Assembly: GCA_040380225.1 (NCBI GenBank)
Contig: JBEIJN010000005.1
Span: 4,563 to 68,562 of the forward strand
DNA from: Verrucomicrobiia bacterium
GTDB taxonomy: Bacteria; Verrucomicrobiota; Verrucomicrobiia; Chthoniobacterales; UBA6821
DNA: 64,000 nt
Reading direction: 5' to 3'
This document shows, one piece after another, positions 46,239-55,740 of this stretch. The position numbers were made by a program, and so were the translations under genes. Numbering within the stretch: the first letter of the stretch is position 1; the number at the start of each line of letters is the position of its first letter. The notes below the pieces were generated by a model that did no database searches, had not been told where the DNA came from, and was given only the letters and a program-made list of their open reading frames with translations.

Positions 46239-49200
46239 CGTGAGGTGTTGTGTGGTTCGGTGTTTGTGGCTGCCCGGGTGTGGGTGCTTCCTTCGGACCA
46301 GTTCCAGATCCACGGCGTTCCATAGAATCCGAGCGCACCGGGTTGATGGCTTTCGAGCCGCGAGGTGCTCCATTCAGCGGCCGGCGTCGGAAAGAGCATC
46401 GTCTGCCTTGCCCATGCGGCTCCCTGAAGGATCGCCGCGGAATTCACCGCCTTCTCACCGCGCTTGGGAACCGGGCTGAGCAGCGCCATCATCAGATCGG
46501 GCGCCGTGGTTCCCTCCGGTCCCGCGATCCCGCATCTGAGCGCAGAGGTGGGACCACCCGGCGTCACCGTGCAGAGACCCAGGCTCGTAATGCCGAAGGC
46601 CGGTTCGGCATCGAAGCGAGCTCCATCCTCACCGAAGATTAGGCGCGCTTCGGGGTAGTAAAAGGTCCCTGCGGGAAGGCGCAGGGTCTGGTTGATTGCC
46701 GTGACGCTTCCAGTGACTTTGGGCGAATCGGCCGACCCCCTGACCATAAGGTCCGCCATGACAAGCGGGGGGAGGGTGGGGCTCTCACGCTCGGTATGGG
46801 GAAGCGAGGGGGTCTTCACGGCAAGATCGAGCTGCAGGTTGTCGAGCGAAGATCCCTGCGCCCCCTGCGTGGAAAAGGGGACGGGCGTGATCGTCAGCCC
46901 TGGTGGTGCGAAGGCCGGGGTGAGCTTGCGGCGCAGATCGAGGGCGGCGGGTTTCAGCGTGATGGTGCCTGCGAGCACGGGAGCGTTGGTTCCCTTGGAC
47001 GAGAGTTGAAGGGACGCCGACGCACTAGTCTGGATTTCCGACCCGAGGGAAACCGGAAGGTCGCTACCCTCCAGCGTCACCCAGGCCCCGCTCTCCTCTC
47101 CTCCGAAGGCGACCACTCCGGTAAGGGCGAGGGGCTTTCCCGCGTAGCTGGACGAGCCGTTGGTCATGGTTATCACGGGGCTTTTTCCATCCATGCGGAA
47201 TGTCAGGTCGAGGTTCTGGAGTCTTGTCGGTCCGTAGAGAATCGCCTCGCGTGCCTTGATCCCGAGCGAACCCTCCAAGGTCGGCTTGGCGACTGTTCCA
47301 ATAAGCTTCACGTCACCCGTGGCCGTTGCCTGGAGAAGAGGCACGGTTTTCTTTCCGTCCAGCAGGTCGATCCATCCATCCAGAGGAACCTGCCGCAGTG
47401 TGGCGCTTGCCTCGATCGGTGCGGACTCGTCGGCAAGGCGAAGGCGGCCGTGGTCGATGGCAAGGCGTAGCGGCAGCGTGGCCTGGAGGCGAAGCGGCGA
47501 ATTCAAGGCGGGCTGCTGCTCCAAGCCGACTGAGACGATGTGATTGCCGGTCGAGACTGCGAGGGAGAGATCACGCGGTGCACCGCCGACTCCCGGCGAG
47601 AACTTTCCTATCCTGAGAGTTCCGTTGAGATCGGGTTCGGCAGGAGTTCCCTTGGCGGAGATCTCCCCGTTCAGTGTTCCGGCGAATCCCGCCCGCTGAC
47701 CGAGGAGATCGGCCAGTTCCTCGGCCTTGATCCCACGGAAGAGCATGTTCATGGACATGGGTGAATCCATGGCGAGCGTCCGGAGCGCATCGCCGCTCTC
47801 GCGGAAATCATCCAGATCCACGGGCAACGAGAGGTAGCCCTCCAGCAGCGGCTTTGGTTTTCCGGTACGCGTCGCCTTGATCGAGGAGGCCGTGATGTTC
47901 CCACGGGTGGCTTTCAGCTGCATGGAGAGCGTGAGGTCCCCTTGGAAGAACTCTGCCTTCGTCAGCTCGAGAAGTTCCGGCGCATAGGATCCCTCGAATC
48001 GTCCCGACATGCCGGCCTTGGTCCTTGCGCTCACCCAGTCGGAGACGCCGGCCTGAAAGGTGCCCGTGTGATTGGTGGTGCTGGTCTCCCCATGACCCTG
48101 CCAGGTGGCCCTCAGCGCCCCTCCGCCGAGGGCAGGAGGGGTCGTGATACCGAGTTGTGCAAGGCTCTTGGTGAGATTTTTCACGCTCACGTCCGCCTTC
48201 GCGGAATAAGCGTGGGGCCTGTTGTTGGCCACCGTTCCCTCGGCCACGATCCGATCTCCGCCCGCGTTAGCCTCGAGATAGGCGAGATGGGTTTTCACCC
48301 CCTCGAAGAAGATGCAGCCCTTCAGCCAATCGACGCTCAGGTCACGGAGGCGAGTCCCGCTGCCGGTGAAGTTGCAATAACCCTCCGCCCTGTTGTCGGA
48401 GCCGCGGATCTCCCCCTCGAAGGCGAGACCACCACCGAGGCGTCCCAGCTCCGGACCGGCCAGCGCGGCCAGAGTCCCGGCATCGGCCAGCGTTGCTTGG
48501 AATGTGCCGCTGAATGGCGCGCGCAGGATGGCGCGCCAGTCCGCGGGAATGCGGCTCTGCCCCTCGGCCTCCAGCTCGTTGTCGCCCTGACGGAGCAGCA
48601 TTTCCGAAACCGTGAGGGTGCGGCCGGTCAACGTGGCGGCGATACGGAGCGACTCCCATCCCTTGCCTTCCCAGCGGAAATTCCTGGCCACCAGCCTCAG
48701 CGCGCTGTCCGCGTCGAGGGGCTGGCGGGGATCGCCGCGGAAGGTGAAGCGGGCCTGCTGGATGGTTCCCGTCGCGCGGTTGTCATCCTTCATCAGTCCC
48801 GAAAAAGCCTCCAGACCCAGATGTTCCCCCACCAGGGTCACTTCGAGCCGTGCGGCCGGCCCCGCGGTGCCGAGGGAGCCATCGCCCCGGAGAATACCCT
48901 TGCCGATCATCCCGCGGAGCCCGAACTCCAGTCGTTCGGCCAGCGGCTTGAGCGTCATCTCCTTGAGTTCGATTCCCTCTCCCAGACCGAGCTCGCCGAT
49001 GCGCAGCGTGTTTCCATCCCAGAATGCCGGGGCGGATCCCTTCGGGATCGTCCTGTGCCAGCTCCCGACGTCGGCCGTCGCATCGCCAAAAAGGATCCTG
49101 CCGGGCCAGCGCGACGGAAGACGGAGGTGGAGTCCGTTCACCGCAAAGCGTCCGTTCTCACCGATCACTACCAAGTCGAGGGGTCCCGCGGTGAGCGCCG

Positions 49201-49690
49201 ACGGAAGGAGATCCGGGATAGGAAGCGGCCAACTTGTGGTGACCCCGGATCCCGACGGAGGTTTCCCGGTGGAGGGCGTCTCGCGAAGATCCACCAGCAC
49301 CCGGGATTTGCCAGCCAGCACCTCGCGGAGGAACCGATGCTCCTGACCGGGGGCCGGAAAGATCATTCTCCAGGGCGTGTTCAGGCGGAGGGTGACCCGG
49401 TCGCATTTCAGCGAGCTCCGGTGTTCCTTCGGCCCGCGGATCCACTCGACACCATTGATCTCCACGCCCCCGTTTCCATCGAGCAAGAGTTTCTCCACGC
49501 GGACGCTCTCCCCGCGCTGCCAGCTCACCGCGACCAACGTCGCGCGGATCGCCCCGCAAATCAGCTCGTCGGCAAGAAGCCACCCCGCGATGAGCAGCGC
49601 GATGATGCCAAGCGTGGTCCAGGCCGTCGGTGTTCCCGAAAGAGCGGGCGGGTGTTCCGCCTCATCGTTGGTGGTGGGACTGAAAGGCAT
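46235..49690 (-). CDS. TamB/AsmA-like giant envelope protein (translocation and assembly module-like)
   Basis: 1151 aa. Single N-terminal TM anchor, long beta-rich body, DUF490-like C-terminal pattern (GSVTAINQTLRLPAGTFYYPEARLIFGEDG...). Confidence 0.55.
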   Translation of the reverse strand: MPFSPTTNDEAEHPPALSGTPTAWTTLGIIALLIAGWLLADELICGAIRATLVAVSWQRGESVRVEKLLLDGNGGVEINGVEWIRGPKEHRSSLKCDRVTLRLNTPWRMIFPAPGQEHRFLREVLAGKSRVLVDLRETPSTGKPPSGSGVTTSWPLPIPDLLPSALTAGPLDLVVIGENGRFAVNGLHLRLPSRWPGRILFGDATADVGSWHRTIPKGSAPAFWDGNTLRIGELGLGEGIELKEMTLKPLAERLEFGLRGMIGKGILRGDGSLGTAGPAARLEVTLVGEHLGLEAFSGLMKDDNRATGTIQQARFTFRGDPRQPLDADSALRLVARNFRWEGKGWESLRIAATLTGRTLTVSEMLLRQGDNELEAEGQSRIPADWRAILRAPFSGTFQATLADAGTLAALAGPELGRLGGGLAFEGEIRGSDNRAEGYCNFTGSGTRLRDLSVDWLKGCIFFEGVKTHLAYLEANAGGDRIVAEGTVANNRPHAYSAKADVSVKNLTKSLAQLGITTPPALGGGALRATWQGHGETSTTNHTGTFQAGVSDWVSARTKAGMSGRFEGSYAPELLELTKAEFFQGDLTLSMQLKATRGNITASSIKATRTGKPKPLLEGYLSLPVDLDDFRESGDALRTLAMDSPMSMNMLFRGIKAEELADLLGQRAGFAGTLNGEISAKGTPAEPDLNGTLRIGKFSPGVGGAPRDLSLAVSTGNHIVSVGLEQQPALNSPLRLQATLPLRLAIDHGRLRLADESAPIEASATLRQVPLDGWIDLLDGKKTVPLLQATATGDVKLIGTVAKPTLEGSLGIKAREAILYGPTRLQNLDLTFRMDGKSPVITMTNGSSSYAGKPLALTGVVAFGGEESGAWVTLEGSDLPVSLGSEIQTSASASLQLSSKGTNAPVLAGTITLKPAALDLRRKLTPAFAPPGLTITPVPFSTQGAQGSSLDNLQLDLAVKTPSLPHTERESPTLPPLVMADLMVRGSADSPKVTGSVTAINQTLRLPAGTFYYPEARLIFGEDGARFDAEPAFGITSLGLCTVTPGGPTSALRCGIAGPEGTTAPDLMMALLSPVPKRGEKAVNSAAILQGAAWARQTMLFPTPAAEWSTSRLESHQPGALGFYGTPWIWNWSEGSTHTRAATNTEPHNTSR

Positions 49691-49775
49691 GGCTCTACTG
49701 GTGTTGCTGGGCCAGGATTATGCCTGCACACGACCGGAAAGACCCGTGAAAAGAAGCCGCTTCAGGAAATCAGTC

Positions 49776-49818
49776 CAAAAAGATACAGGCCGCCGCACCA
49801 GATGGTACGACGGCCTGT
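49776..49818 (-). terminator. Rho-independent terminator (minus strand)
   Basis: Minus strand: acaggccg...cggcctgt extended hairpin followed by atcttttt. It lies between family-L copy 1 and the TamB-like gene start. Confidence 0.55.
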
Positions 49819-50016
49819 TGTTCCCCCCAGAACAATCTTTCGATAAGTAGATCTTATGGAAAAACACTCCCGCCGCAAGTACTTTTTTCAAAAAAGTTCG
49901 TTTTTCTGGGTTTAATGGACCATTGCAGCGAGTCCTCAAGTCCTTCTCTCTCAAGAAACTCTCTTCAAAACGGGAGTTTGTCGGCCATCGGGGATGTGGG
50001 ATAGGGTGGAAAAGGG

Positions 50017-50350
50017 GTTATAAAGTTAGAACGTTGAAGCGTTGCAACCAAGGCGCTGAAACGAGCCCATGGGGTGGTCGAGTTGTATAGTCTCCGAAGG
50101 TGGACCCAAAGGGTGCGCCTTGCGGGAGTAAGCGATTACAAAAGAGCTGCGTAAGACTACGACGAAGTCGTTGCCCAAAGGGCGCCACCGCTTGCCGGGC
50201 GCAAGTGACGTCAAAGTGGATCACTACAGCCCTGATCTGAATATCGAGAAGGCGAATCAGAGAATTCGTCGCAACTGCACGGGCCGAAGAGACGAATCAA
50301 GGTTTCCACTTCAGTCCCTTGTAACCCTTTTAACGCTGTAACATTTTAAC
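50017..50350. repeat. family-L multi-hairpin repeat, copy 1 (candidate structured RNA or MITE)
   Basis: Shares caaccaaggc-ctg...gagc and gcgtaagactacgacgaagtcgt-gcccaaagggcgccaccgcttgccgg...gcaagtg-cgtcaa..tggatc and acttcag-cccttgtaac with 59135..59382. Its ends are inverted arrays of GTTNNAAN 8-mers. Confidence 0.6.
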
Positions 50351-50366
50351 TTCCTGAGGCCTTTCA

Positions 50367-52943
50367 TCACTCCATCCGCAAGGCCGAGGCGGGGGGAATC
50401 CGTGCGGCCCTGAGTGCGGGGAAGAATCCTGCCACGAGTGCCGCCGCCGTCATCCAGAGCGGAAGCAGGACCAACTCCAGCCATGGGTAGGAGAGATCGA
50501 TGCTCCATCCGAAGAAAGCCTTGTTGATCACCCATGTCAGCACCAGGGCCAGCGCCGATCCGCTCGCGATGCCGACGAGACTTGCAAGGAATCCGATGAG
50601 CGCCGCCTCGGCCAGCATCATGCGGGCGACCTGAGCGGTCGAGGCACCCATCGACCGCAGCACGCCGAGATCGCGGGTCCTCTCCAGGACGAGGATCCCG
50701 AGCGTCAGCATCACCCCGCCGATCGCGACGGCGATCGATATAGTGCGGAGCACGGCGGTCACCGCGAAGGTCTGGTTGAAGATTTCCATGATCCGTTGCT
50801 TGAGGGCGGCATTGCCGTAGCAGATGAACGCATCCTTCCCACCGAATGCGGCGACGAACTCCCCGCGACTCCGCTCCATGGACGCGGGGGAGGTTCCCTT
50901 GCGGAATTCGATGGCCAGCGAGTGGACCCCGTCCGCGCCCCAGACTCTCTGGAAATACCCCGCACCAACCATCGCGATCCCGCGGTCACGGGTGTAATCG
51001 CGGTAGAGATCGAGCACCTTCAGGCGTACGACGCCCCGCGGTCCGGTCAATTCCAGCTGGTCTCCCGGTCCGAGATGCAACCTCCGCGCCAGGCTCTCAG
51101 AGAGCGCCGTGCTCCCGCCCTCCTCGAGCGCGGCGGTCTTTGCAGCTGCATCGCCGTGCAGGAAGTCGATCGCCCCGCGTGCGGGCCCCGAGACGATGCC
51201 GAGCGTCGCCGGCTCACCGGACACCGTGCGCGCCTCGACTTCGCGGAATGTCCCGACCGCCGAGACCTCAGGGCGTGCCGACCACCATGCCGCAGCCGAT
51301 TCGGAAATCGTGTGCTCCAGCCCCAGCAGTTCGTTGGAAGCCGGCGCGATGAAGAGATCGGCCGTCAGTGTCCGGCCGGCCCATGAGACCACGCTCCCAC
51401 GGAACGAGTGGATCATGACACTGATGCCCACCGTCATTGCGGCGGCGGCGGCAAGGGCCGCAACCGTCGGGGCTGTCCGGTGGAGGGAGCGCATGGTCTG
51501 CCCGAGCGCCAGCCGGGCGATCACGCCGTGCGCCTCGTGATCTCGCCCTCTTCCGCTCAGGCGCGACGCGATCGTCATGACTGCGGGCACGGTCAGCGAG
51601 AAACCCGCAAGCACCAGGAAGGCCGCCCCGAAGCCGAGCAGGGCGGGCCCGCCATGCAGGGCTCCGAGAGAAAGCAGCAGCGCGAGCAGAAGCAGGCCCG
51701 CCCCCCATCGGGCCAGACGCGCGGCCGGGAGCGGAAAGATTTCCGGTGCGGCACCGGGATGCAGCACGCGGGTCGGATCGACGCGCGCGGCCTGACGTGC
51801 GGGGATCCACGCGGCGACAAGAGCCGCCACCACACCCGCCACCACACCGGCAAGCGCCTCGGCCGTCGTCGGCCAGCCCCCCTGTGCATCGACGGGGAGA
51901 TAGAGGGCGGTCACGGTTTTTGACACGGGGGCCGCCATCACTCCCGCCAGCAGCGGCGAGACGAGGATGCCCAGCAACGCACCGACTAAACCGCTCAGTC
52001 CTGCCTCGGCGAGGACCATCGCCAGGATCTCGCCGCGCCCGGTTCCGACAGCGCGGAGGATGCCGAGGGAGACTCTCCTGCGGACCACGGCGGCGGCCGC
52101 CGAATTGCCGACGAAGAACATCCCCACCATGAGCGAGACCAGACTCAGCGCGGTGAGGTTCAGGCGGAATGCGGAGAGCATGATGTCGACCTGACGCGAA
52201 CGCCGCGCCGGCGGATCGACCATGACGTCTCCGGGCAGAAGGCTTCTCAGTCGTCGGGCCACCTCGTCGCGACGCGCCGTGTCTTCCAGCTTGACCAGGA
52301 TGGCCGTGAGCAGGCCCGTACGCCCGGTCCACTCCTGGGCGGTGGCCAGATCGGTCGCAACAACCCCGACCCCGCTGACAGCCCCATCCCCGGTACCGAT
52401 GACATGGGTGATCCGCATGGTTCTGGGCGCGCCGGGGCCCTGGAGCCTGAGCGTATCTCCAGGCTTGAGGCCGTGATTCGACAGGAATTCCCGCGTGACG
52501 GCGATCGTATCGTCAGCGGCGAGCCACTCGCCCAGATCTCCGGATGAGTCGGCAGACGAGTCGGATCCCAAGGTCGTCTCGAACCCGAGCAGTCCCTTGG
52601 CCGTGAACGGGTCGATCCCGGCGAGACGCAGGGATTCTCCGGGCGTGTCGGGCAGCGTGACCATGGACTCGATGAGCGGCGTTGCACCGGCGACCCCGGT
52701 GCACCGCTGCACCTGCGGAAGGAGGGTCTCGGGGATTTTCCCGCGGATCTCCAGATCGGCGCTCCCCGTCACCATCTCGAAGGTGCGGTGGAAGCTCCCC
52801 GCGGCGCTCCGGTTGGCAACCGTGATGGCCAAGAAAACCGCCACGCCCAGCGCGATGCTCAGGACGCCCAGCAGGCCCGCACGGGGATGATGGAGCAACG
52901 GGCGGATCGCCCCTCTCCAGCAGAGTCGGATGACAGGACGCAT
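50367..52943 (-). CDS. ABC-transporter permease with two FtsX domains (MacB/YbbP-like), no adjacent ATPase
   Basis: Start reassigned to MRPVIRLCWRG at 52943, 2 nt after the glnD stop. About 857 aa with two 4-TM FtsX modules. Confidence 0.8.
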   Translation of the reverse strand: MRPVIRLCWRGAIRPLLHHPRAGLLGVLSIALGVAVFLAITVANRSAAGSFHRTFEMVTGSADLEIRGKIPETLLPQVQRCTGVAGATPLIESMVTLPDTPGESLRLAGIDPFTAKGLLGFETTLGSDSSADSSGDLGEWLAADDTIAVTREFLSNHGLKPGDTLRLQGPGAPRTMRITHVIGTGDGAVSGVGVVATDLATAQEWTGRTGLLTAILVKLEDTARRDEVARRLRSLLPGDVMVDPPARRSRQVDIMLSAFRLNLTALSLVSLMVGMFFVGNSAAAAVVRRRVSLGILRAVGTGRGEILAMVLAEAGLSGLVGALLGILVSPLLAGVMAAPVSKTVTALYLPVDAQGGWPTTAEALAGVVAGVVAALVAAWIPARQAARVDPTRVLHPGAAPEIFPLPAARLARWGAGLLLLALLLSLGALHGGPALLGFGAAFLVLAGFSLTVPAVMTIASRLSGRGRDHEAHGVIARLALGQTMRSLHRTAPTVAALAAAAAMTVGISVMIHSFRGSVVSWAGRTLTADLFIAPASNELLGLEHTISESAAAWWSARPEVSAVGTFREVEARTVSGEPATLGIVSGPARGAIDFLHGDAAAKTAALEEGGSTALSESLARRLHLGPGDQLELTGPRGVVRLKVLDLYRDYTRDRGIAMVGAGYFQRVWGADGVHSLAIEFRKGTSPASMERSRGEFVAAFGGKDAFICYGNAALKQRIMEIFNQTFAVTAVLRTISIAVAIGGVMLTLGILVLERTRDLGVLRSMGASTAQVARMMLAEAALIGFLASLVGIASGSALALVLTWVINKAFFGWSIDLSYPWLELVLLPLWMTAAALVAGFFPALRAARIPPASALRME

Positions 52944-52945
52944 CC

Positions 52946-55708
52946 TCACTCTCCCCGAGGGCTTCCGGCAATCCCGGAGGCAGTCCGGAGCCGGCGCTCC
53001 AGGCGCATCAGGGCGTTGCGCTCCGTGATTTTTCCTCCCTCCTTGGTGCGGAGGTAGAACACGTCCAGCGCCGCGTTCTGTTCCGTGGCGATGCGCGCCG
53101 CCTCGATCGAAATGCCGCCGTGGGAGATGGCGCGGAGCAGATGATAGAGCAGACCGAGCCGGTCGGGTGCCTGCACCTCCAGGATGGTGCAAGTCGGGTG
53201 GGCGTTGTTGTTGACCACCACCCAGACCGGGGGTTCCTCCTCGTTCTCCGGTGCGCGTCGGAGCGGAAGGGAGGGGCTCTTCGGCGCGGGCACAGTGCGG
53301 CTCCCGGGCGCCGGCAGCAGGTCGTCGAGGCGTTCCTTGAACTGCATCCGTTCCCGCTCCCTGGGGAGCGGTTCGTTCCGGTGGTTGGAGACCCTGAAGA
53401 TGTCGAGCGCCAGCTTGTCGGTCCGGGTGTAGATGTCGGCTCCCAGCACGTTGATGCCGGATTCGAGAAAGGCGGCGGCGATCCGCTCGAGCAGGCGCTC
53501 GCGATCCCACCCGCACACCAGCACCTCGGCGTGGCCCGCTTCGGGATGATCGATCCACTGGATCAAGGGATCGAGGTTCGGCCCCTCCTGCCGGAGCCCC
53601 TGATCGAAGAACTTCCGGAAGAGCTGAAGGTGCGTGCGGATCTCCGCGGCGTCGCGTGTCTGGAAGTAGCGCTCAGGCATCCCGCCGAAGTGCGCCTCGA
53701 TTTCCTCGCTGTAGCTCTCGGGGAGGGCTTCCGCCACCTGACGGTGCAGCTCCTCGCGGCGCTGGACCCTCTCCTGCCTGTAGCCGGCGCTGTCCCGCAG
53801 GTAGGCGCGGGTCTGGTGGTAGAGTTGCCAGACCATCTGCTCCTTCCAGTCGCTCCACCCCTCGTCGCTCGTGCCCATGCCGTCGGCCAGCGTTATCACC
53901 ATGAGGGCGTCGAGCATCACGGGGTCGCGCACGATTCCCGAGAATTCCTCGACGGTCGCCGGATCCTCGATGTTGCGGGTGCGGGCGATGCCGCTCATCT
54001 CGCCGTGAGCCGAGACCAGGGCGATGAGCATCCTCTTCCGTTCGGGCGAAAGCTGCAGGCGCCGCGCCACCTTCTGGGCCGCGAGCGCGCTCGCCTCCTC
54101 GTGACGGCGGGTGTTGGCCGCCTTCCCCGTGTCGTGCAGGAGCATGGCAAGGTAGAGGACCGCCGGATCGTCGAAGTGGCGGAAGATTTCCCCGTAGCGC
54201 TTCAGCTTTGGGTCGGTGGCGAAGAGCAGGTCATCGATCTTGTCGGCGCACCTCAGCGTGTGCTCGTCGGCCGTGTACCGGTGGAAGAACTCGTGCTGGA
54301 CCAGGCAGGTCAACGGCTCGAACTCGGGAAGGTATTTTCCGAGGAATCCGAGGTCGTGCATCAGGCGCAGGATGCGACTCACCTCACCCTTCCGGGAGAG
54401 GATGGCGAGGAAGACCGTGCGGTTCTCCTTGTTATACTGGAAGGTCCGGTCGACGAGCCGGAGACGCCTCTTCACCAGATCCTCCATCTCGGCCGAGAAA
54501 CCGAGCTTCCGGGTCTGGGCGAGCTGGAAGGCCCTCATCATTCGCCCTGAGTCGCGGTTGAAGATGTCCCGCGTCTTCGGGAAGATCTCGCCGTTGCGGA
54601 TGATCATCTCGTCGACGGTTTCCTGTCGGCGCCCGAGGAACTTGGCAAGGATCCCCGACTTGATCCCGTGCTCCTCGCGAATGCGGCCGAGGGCGAGCGT
54701 GGTGATGAGATGGATGCTGCGGGTGCGGTTGTAGTAGTCCCGCATGAAGGCCTCGCACCGCCGCAGGATGTTCTTTTCGGGATAGCCGAGGGCGGTGGCG
54801 ACCTTTCCCTGGAGCTGGAGGGTCAGTTGGTCGGTGGCCCGTCCGGTCTGGTAATGCATCTCGGTGCGGACGCGCAGCAGGAAATCATGAGCCTCCTCGA
54901 GCGTGCGCCTCTCCTTTTCCCTGAGGATCTTCTCCTCGACGAGTGCCGCGATGGTGTTGGCTCCCGAGTGGAACATTCCGGTCCAGAGCAGGTTCTGGTA
55001 ATCGCGCAGACCGCCGCACCCGGACTTGATGTTCGGCTCCTGCATGAAGACGCTCGCCCCGTAGCGGCTGCGCAGTTCTTTCAGGTTCTCGATGCGGAAG
55101 GCGATGTAGTCCTTTTCCTTCCCCTTCACGCAGGCTTTCCCGAACTTCGCGCGGAAGCTCTCGAAGAGTTTTTTGTCACCGGCCAGCCAGCGGCTTTCGA
55201 TCATGGCCGTCTTGGTCATCATGTCGGAATTGGCCTGTTCCAGAGCTCCCTTGATCGACCGTGTGGCGTGGCCCACCTTGAACCCGAGATCCCAGAGCGC
55301 CATGAGGCACGACGAGATGATCTGCTCCATTTGCTTGGTCGGCCTGGTCCCTTCGTGAAAAAAGGTTATGTCGACGTCGCTGCAGGGATTGAGTTCCCGG
55401 CGCCCGTAGCCGCCAAATGCCCCGACCATCAGTCCGGGGATTTCTTTTTCGCCCGTCTCCCTGATCGTCGAGAAGCGGAAAATCTCGCGGAAGAGAATGT
55501 CCACCATCTCGGCCCGTCGCGCCGCGATTTCCCTGCCTCCTCCCTCGGCGCGGTGCCAGAGCTTAAGCCGGTGCTCCTCCTTTTTGCGGAAGCTCTGCAG
55601 TTTCTGCACCGGCAGCACCATCTCTCCATCCATCACGGCGGCGAGTTGTTTCGCCACCTCCTGTTGGATGCGTGCCCGGTGCTCTGAAAGTGGAACGATT
55701 CCCTCCAT
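52946..55708 (-). CDS. glnD: [protein-PII] uridylyltransferase / uridylyl-removing enzyme
   Basis: 920 aa. Nucleotidyltransferase GGYGRRELNPCSDVD, HD domain (HDTGK), two C-terminal ACT domains. Confidence 0.9.
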   Translation of the reverse strand: MEGIVPLSEHRARIQQEVAKQLAAVMDGEMVLPVQKLQSFRKKEEHRLKLWHRAEGGGREIAARRAEMVDILFREIFRFSTIRETGEKEIPGLMVGAFGGYGRRELNPCSDVDITFFHEGTRPTKQMEQIISSCLMALWDLGFKVGHATRSIKGALEQANSDMMTKTAMIESRWLAGDKKLFESFRAKFGKACVKGKEKDYIAFRIENLKELRSRYGASVFMQEPNIKSGCGGLRDYQNLLWTGMFHSGANTIAALVEEKILREKERRTLEEAHDFLLRVRTEMHYQTGRATDQLTLQLQGKVATALGYPEKNILRRCEAFMRDYYNRTRSIHLITTLALGRIREEHGIKSGILAKFLGRRQETVDEMIIRNGEIFPKTRDIFNRDSGRMMRAFQLAQTRKLGFSAEMEDLVKRRLRLVDRTFQYNKENRTVFLAILSRKGEVSRILRLMHDLGFLGKYLPEFEPLTCLVQHEFFHRYTADEHTLRCADKIDDLLFATDPKLKRYGEIFRHFDDPAVLYLAMLLHDTGKAANTRRHEEASALAAQKVARRLQLSPERKRMLIALVSAHGEMSGIARTRNIEDPATVEEFSGIVRDPVMLDALMVITLADGMGTSDEGWSDWKEQMVWQLYHQTRAYLRDSAGYRQERVQRREELHRQVAEALPESYSEEIEAHFGGMPERYFQTRDAAEIRTHLQLFRKFFDQGLRQEGPNLDPLIQWIDHPEAGHAEVLVCGWDRERLLERIAAAFLESGINVLGADIYTRTDKLALDIFRVSNHRNEPLPRERERMQFKERLDDLLPAPGSRTVPAPKSPSLPLRRAPENEEEPPVWVVVNNNAHPTCTILEVQAPDRLGLLYHLLRAISHGGISIEAARIATEQNAALDVFYLRTKEGGKITERNALMRLERRLRTASGIAGSPRGE

Positions 55709-55740
55709 GGTTGATCAAAAAAATTTCTTAATGAATTTCC

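Noticed and set aside
50018-50224. 68-aa and 62-aa minus-strand ORFs inside family-L copy 1.
   Set aside because: They are not conserved in copy 2, which has no ORF of 60 aa or more over the homologous core, and indels between copies shift the frame. The conservation pattern follows hairpins, not codons.
52944-53558. N-terminal 205 codons of the 1063-aa ORF 50367..53558.
   Set aside because: This stretch overlaps the 3' end of glnD in another frame and is Arg/Pro/Gly-rich. The FtsX permease signature begins at the Met at 52943, immediately after the glnD stop.
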